NCBI GenBank assembly: GCA_963705505.1
Contig: CAVPJU010000006.1
Location: 320,001 to 384,000 of the forward strand
DNA length: 64,000 bases
Origin: an uncultured bacterium
GTDB lineage: Bacteria > Desulfobacterota_D > UBA1144 > Nemesobacterales > UBA2774
Reading direction: 5' to 3'
Part shown: in pieces, positions 59,517-64,000 of the stretch
How positions within the stretch are numbered: position 1 is the stretch's first letter
Layout: every line of letters begins with the position of its first letter
Made by a program: the position numbers and the translations under genes
The notes under the pieces: generated by a model
The model's input: only the letters and a program-made list of their open reading frames with translations
What the model was told of the DNA's origin: nothing
Database searches by the model: none

Positions 59517-62348
59517 TTAATTGATACCTGCTCTTCGGGATTTCTTTCTTCCAAGCACTTCTCTCAGGAACATTCCTGTATAGGAGCCTTCCGTCCCGGA
59601 CACCTCTTCGGGCGTCCCCCGTGCAACTATCCGGCCGCCGTTCTCACCGCCTTCGGGTCCCATATCTATAACATGATCGGCGCACTTTATCACATCGACA
59701 TTATGCTCGATCACTATAACCGTGTTCCCCATATCCGTGAGCCGCTGGAGGACCAGAAGGAGCTTCCTTACGTCGTCGAAATGAAGGCCTATCGTCGGCT
59801 CATCAAGAATATAGATGGTCCTGCCCGTCGAGCGGCGGGCGAGCTCCTTCGAAAGCTTTATCCGCTGCGCTTCGCCGCCCGATAGCGTCGTTGCGGGCTG
59901 CCCGAGTCTGATATATTCGAGTCCCACCTCCTCAAGCACATCGAGCTTCGATTTAATGTGGGGAACGTTTCCGAAAAATTCCGCGGCTTCGCTGACGGTC
60001 ATATCCAGGACCTCGGCGATGTTTTTATCGTTGTATTTGACCTCGAGGGTCTCCGTGTTGTACCTGGCGCCTCCGCACCGCTCGCACGTCACGTATACGT
60101 CGGGCAGGAAATGCATCTCTATCTTCACGACGCCGTGGCCGAGGCAGACGCTGCAGCGTCCCTCCCTGACGTTGAAGCTGAACCTTCCTGGTTTATACCC
60201 CCTCATATTGGCCTGCGGGAGCATCGAGTATAAGTCCCTTATAGGGGAGAAGATACCGGTGTAGGTGGCAGGGTTAGACCTCGGGGTCCTGCCGATAGGC
60301 GTCTGCTCGACATTTATGACCTTGTCTATATCTTCGACTCCCGAAAGCCTCTCGTACTTCCCGACCTTTTCTTTACTCCTATAGAGCTTACGGCCGAGCG
60401 CGTTATAGAGAGTATCGATCACGAGCGTGCTCTTGCCCGAACCCGATACCCCCGTGACACACGTGAAAACTCCCAGCGGGAAGGATACGTCTATATATTT
60501 CAAATTGTGCTCTGATGCTCCCTCTATCGAAATAAAGCCTCTCGGCGTCCTCCGCGCCTCCGGTATGGGAATCTTGACCTTTCCCGATAAATAGTTTCCT
60601 GTGAGGGATTCACGGTGACGAATGAGCTCGTCGATATTGCCTTCCGCCACTATCCGGCCGCCCTTTTCGCCCGCTCCCGGACCTATATCCACAATAAAAT
60701 CCGCGCTCCTTATCGTCTCTTCGTCATGCTCCACCACAATGATGGTATTGCCCCCGTCCCTGAGCGACTTGAGGGTATCTATAAGCCGCCTGTTGTCTCT
60801 CGGATGGAGCCCTATTGTGGGCTCGTCGAGCACGTACGTAATACCGGTGAGCTTCGAGCCGACCTGTGTCGCGAGCCTTATCCTCTGCGCCTCGCCGCCC
60901 GAAAGACTCGGGGCCGAGCGGTCGAGAGTGAGGTAACCGAGACCTACGTCGGATAAGAATTCCAGGCGGGAAATTATCTCCTTGAAAATCCGGTCGCCTA
61001 TCTCCCTCTCCCTCGCAGTCATATTCAGCGCACTGAAGAACGCGAGGCAGTCCTCAGAAGACATCGTGACGATTTCGTATATGGATTTATCGTCGATCAG
61101 TATGGAAAGGGCTTCTTTTCTGAGCCTCGCGCCCCCGCATTCCGGGCACTCGGCCGTGCGCATGAATTGAGAGAGCTTTTCGCGGACGGGCGGGGAATCG
61201 GTCTCTTTATACCATTCCGTGATTATCCCGGCGACGCCGGCATACGTGTCCCTGTATTTGAGGACACGGCCCCTTTTTTCCCTCTTAAACGTGATATCCT
61301 CGTCGCCTGAGCCGTAAATAAGAACCTTTTTTGCTTTTGCGGGGAGCTTCCGGAAAGGGACCGAGAGGTCGATCCCGTAGTACTCCGCAACGCTCTCGGT
61401 TAATTGCCTGAAGTAATTCGAGTTCCTCCAGGGTATTATCGCGCCGTCGTTTATGGACAGCTCTTCGTCAATGAGGAGCTCCGGGTCGCAGAACCAGGTC
61501 TCGCCCATGCCCTGACACGTCGGGCATGAGCCGTACGGGCTGTTGAATGAAAAAAGACGGGGGGAAATTTCAGGGTAACTCATACCGCAATCGGGACATG
61601 CGAATTTGTCGCTCAAACTGAGGACCCGGCCTGAGGCGGTCTCCGCCTTCGCCACTCCTCCCGAACGCTTCAATGCCAATTTCAGCGATTCTTCTATTCT
61701 ATTCCGCGTCTCCCCGGGACGGATTACGATAACGTCCACTAGGAGCTCTATCGTATGCTTTTTCTGTTTATTTAGCTTGATCTCCTCATCGAGGTCGTGG
61801 AGCTTCCCGTCTATCCTGACCCTCAGAAAACCCTCTCTCCTCAGCTCCTCGAGCTCCTTTCTGTACTCCCCCTTCCTCCCCTGCACAATCGGCGAGAAAA
61901 CCGAGACCTTCTCGCCCTCCCCGAGACCGGCAACGCGCTCCGTCATCTTCTCGAGGCTCTGGGCTGCTATCTCTATGCCGCAGTTTGAGCAGTAAGGCTT
62001 CCCCAGCCTTGCGAAGAGGAGCCTCAGAAAATCGTATATCTCCGTTATGGTGCCGACTGTAGAGCGGGGGTTCCTCTGAAAAGTCTTCTGATCGACCGAG
62101 ATCGAGGGGGAAAGCCCTTCTATAGAATCCACGTCGGGCTTACCGATCTGCTCGACGAATTGCCTCGCATAGGCGGAGAGGGATTCCATATACCTCCGCT
62201 GCCCCTCCGCAAAGAGCGTATCGAAGGCGAGGGAAGATTTCCCCGAGCCGCTGATCCCGGTTATCACCACCAGCTTTCTCCGGGGCAGCTTGAGGGAAAC
62301 GTCCTTTAAATTATGCTCTCTCGCGCCTGTGATTTTTATGAAATCCAA
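59517..62348 (-). CDS. uvrA: Excinuclease ABC subunit UvrA
   Basis: GAREHNLK, GISGSGKSSLAFDT..AEGQRRY, two LSGGEAQR signatures, zinc fingers, RTPRSNPATY. Confidence 0.97.
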   Translation of the reverse strand: MDFIKITGAREHNLKDVSLKLPRRKLVVITGISGSGKSSLAFDTLFAEGQRRYMESLSAYARQFVEQIGKPDVDSIEGLSPSISVDQKTFQRNPRSTVGTITEIYDFLRLLFARLGKPYCSNCGIEIAAQSLEKMTERVAGLGEGEKVSVFSPIVQGRKGEYRKELEELRREGFLRVRIDGKLHDLDEEIKLNKQKKHTIELLVDVIVIRPGETRNRIEESLKLALKRSGGVAKAETASGRVLSLSDKFACPDCGMSYPEISPRLFSFNSPYGSCPTCQGMGETWFCDPELLIDEELSINDGAIIPWRNSNYFRQLTESVAEYYGIDLSVPFRKLPAKAKKVLIYGSGDEDITFKREKRGRVLKYRDTYAGVAGIITEWYKETDSPPVREKLSQFMRTAECPECGGARLRKEALSILIDDKSIYEIVTMSSEDCLAFFSALNMTAREREIGDRIFKEIISRLEFLSDVGLGYLTLDRSAPSLSGGEAQRIRLATQVGSKLTGITYVLDEPTIGLHPRDNRRLIDTLKSLRDGGNTIIVVEHDEETIRSADFIVDIGPGAGEKGGRIVAEGNIDELIRHRESLTGNYLSGKVKIPIPEARRTPRGFISIEGASEHNLKYIDVSFPLGVFTCVTGVSGSGKSTLVIDTLYNALGRKLYRSKEKVGKYERLSGVEDIDKVINVEQTPIGRTPRSNPATYTGIFSPIRDLYSMLPQANMRGYKPGRFSFNVREGRCSVCLGHGVVKIEMHFLPDVYVTCERCGGARYNTETLEVKYNDKNIAEVLDMTVSEAAEFFGNVPHIKSKLDVLEEVGLEYIRLGQPATTLSGGEAQRIKLSKELARRSTGRTIYILDEPTIGLHFDDVRKLLLVLQRLTDMGNTVIVIEHNVDVIKCADHVIDMGPEGGENGGRIVARGTPEEVSGTEGSYTGMFLREVLGRKKSRRAGIN

Positions 62349-62459
62349 AGTCGTTTAAGTTTACCAGTAATTTGGAAATACGGGACAAGGTTTCGAGCCG
62401 GCCATCAAGCACAGCCCGACAAAATTAGTGCATAACCCGTACCGGATCCCCCGTTTTTG

Positions 62460-63536
62460 CTATACAAACGATTTTATTTCCCCGACCTTTTTCTTGTCGA
62501 GCTTCTGAACGACACCCATAAGGAGCTTTACCGTGTTGTCGAAGTCGTTCCTGTGAATTATCGCGTTATGGCTGTGTATGTGGCGGGTGGGGACGCCCAG
62601 CACGACCGTAGGGACACCGTGCTTATGGAGGTGGATAACGGAGCCGTCGGTCGCCCCCCCTTCCATCGTCGTGAACTGTAACGGTATCTTTAATTTTTTC
62701 GCCGTATCCACGATGAGGTCCCGCAGCTTGAGGTTGGGTATCATGCGAGCATCGTAGAGGAGGAGGGAAGGCCCCCCGTTGAGCTTCGTCGAGGACTCGT
62801 CGGGCTTGATTCCGGGTACGTCGCCGGCAATGTCCGACTCCAGTATTATCGCTATATCGGGACCGACCATTTCGACGCTCGTGCTCGCGCCCCTGACTCC
62901 GACCTCTTCCTGAACCGTGGCCACGCCGTATAATGTGTTGGGATGCTTGTCCGGGGAGAGGGACTGAAGAGCGGAGATAACCACGCCGCATCCTACCCGG
63001 TCATCGAACGCCTTAGACATATAGGTTTTCGGGTTAGCCAGAATTGAAAACTCGCTCACGGGGACGATCGGATCGCCCACGCGCACGCCTGCTTTTTCGA
63101 CCTCCTTTTCCGAAGTCGAGCCTATGTCGATGTACATATTTTTTCTCTGAAGGAGCTTCGTACGCTCGTCCTGAGAGAGGAGGTGGGGAGGCTTTGCCCC
63201 TATGACCCCGATCACATCTCCTTTATTCGTTTTGATAATCACGCGCTGACCGAGAAGAACGTGGTCCCACCACCCTCCGAGGGTGGTAAATCTTATAAAA
63301 CCGTCGGACGATATGTGCTTTACCATGAACCCGATCTCGTCCATGTGGCCCGCGAGCATCACTTTGGGCTCCGCCGAGCTTCCGGGCTTCCTGCAAATCA
63401 GGCTGCCCATGTTGTCCTTGCTTATCCCGCCGAGGGGCTTCATGTATTTCCTTATAACTTCACGTATATCCGTTTCATAACCCGGAACGCCGTGGGACTC
63501 TGTCAATTCCTTGAGAAGAATTTCGGTCTTGTCCAT
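62460..63536 (-). CDS. M42 family metallo-aminopeptidase
   Basis: HMDEIG, KAFDDR, QEEVG, GGATD, RHIHS. Confidence 0.93.
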   Translation of the reverse strand: MDKTEILLKELTESHGVPGYETDIREVIRKYMKPLGGISKDNMGSLICRKPGSSAEPKVMLAGHMDEIGFMVKHISSDGFIRFTTLGGWWDHVLLGQRVIIKTNKGDVIGVIGAKPPHLLSQDERTKLLQRKNMYIDIGSTSEKEVEKAGVRVGDPIVPVSEFSILANPKTYMSKAFDDRVGCGVVISALQSLSPDKHPNTLYGVATVQEEVGVRGASTSVEMVGPDIAIILESDIAGDVPGIKPDESSTKLNGGPSLLLYDARMIPNLKLRDLIVDTAKKLKIPLQFTTMEGGATDGSVIHLHKHGVPTVVLGVPTRHIHSHNAIIHRNDFDNTVKLLMGVVQKLDKKKVGEIKSFV

Positions 63537-63692
63537 TGAGGTAACTCCCTTGAGAATTTTTTCTATCTGAATAGTTTAATGATTTCGGGACAGATTTTAA
63601 GAATTATCACCTTTCTAATTATCCAATGTCAACAAGACCCCCTTTCACGCTTGCAAATCAACCTTTTGAAAGTACACTAGATTTTGAGCTTC

Positions 63693-64000
63693 ATGATAGA
63701 GTACGATCAGGGGATTCATCTCAGGGGCACAGACCTGTGGTTCGATTCCAGAAAGAAGGCGAAATTCTCTTTCATATCGAACGCTAATACAGGGAGGTTC
63801 GTCCCGCCCGAAAAAGTAATCGCCACACCCGAGACAATCAGGCTAATTGAAAAAAGAATAAAAAAATCTGTCACCCTCGCCTGCCCGTACAACAGACCCT
63901 TCACGCTCGGCAACGTACAAGTGGAGCTTATACCTTCGGGATACATGCTCGGCTCGGCTCAGATAGAGGTAAAAAAGGCCGGCAAGACCATCATTTACAC
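63693..64000 (+). CDS. MBL-fold/beta-CASP nuclease-like protein, N-terminal part, metal ligands absent (runs off window end)
   Basis: Manual translation: MIEYDQGIHLRGTDLWFDSRKKAKFSFISNANTGRF...IATPET..L...PYNRPFTLGNVQVELIPSGYMLGSAQI......IIYT. Confidence 0.7.
   Translation, partial: MIEYDQGIHLRGTDLWFDSRKKAKFSFISNANTGRFVPPEKVIATPETIRLIEKRIKKSVTLACPYNRPFTLGNVQVELIPSGYMLGSAQIEVKKAGKTIIY

Noticed and set aside
62349..62459. LexA/SOS box upstream of uvrA
   Set aside because: No convincing match to the CTGT-N8-ACAG, GAAC-N4-GTTC or GGTT-N-ACC type boxes.

Overview
Bacterial chromosome segment of roughly balanced GC, with Gram-negative envelope genes. Gene content suggests a deltaproteobacteria-like lineage, possibly Ca. 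Dadabacteria (inference only). Most of it is intact housekeeping: typA (partial), mnmG, tRNA-Leu(CAG), prs-rplY-pth-hppA, rpsF-rpsR-rplI with an S6:S18 leader, thi4, degP, clpS-clpA, a DEAD-box helicase, rpmB, acs, uppP, uvrA and an M42 peptidase. I found no transposase, integrase, prophage, rRNA or CRISPR array. The stand-out feature is an ~11 kb co-directional metal (probably zinc) acquisition cluster at 41.3-52.4 kb. It starts at a consensus sigma70 promoter overlapped by a Fur-family operator and runs zur-like regulator, NikM/CbiM-Q-O ECF transporter, a hidden CxxC/RSPP (DUF2946, CruR/CutF-like) leader ORF missed by the ORF track, an SD-sequestering stem, an outer-membrane barrel, znuA-C-B, a degenerate thermonuclease lipoprotein and a Zrg-like ABC/DUF3299 module. 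Nine apparent single-base indels are confined to this cluster and are probably assembly errors. Other notable items: a membrane pyrophosphatase with three active-site motif substitutions; a DUF482/FemAB-like gene before an Arg-gatekeeper clpS-clpA; a haloarchaeal-like Cys-Thi4 beside an archaeal-type hypothetical gene; a candidate ECF-driven sRNA; tandem ECF promoters before a fasciclin gene; and a beta-CASP/MBL-fold protein lacking its metal ligands. All family assignments come from motif recognition by eye; no database searches were run.
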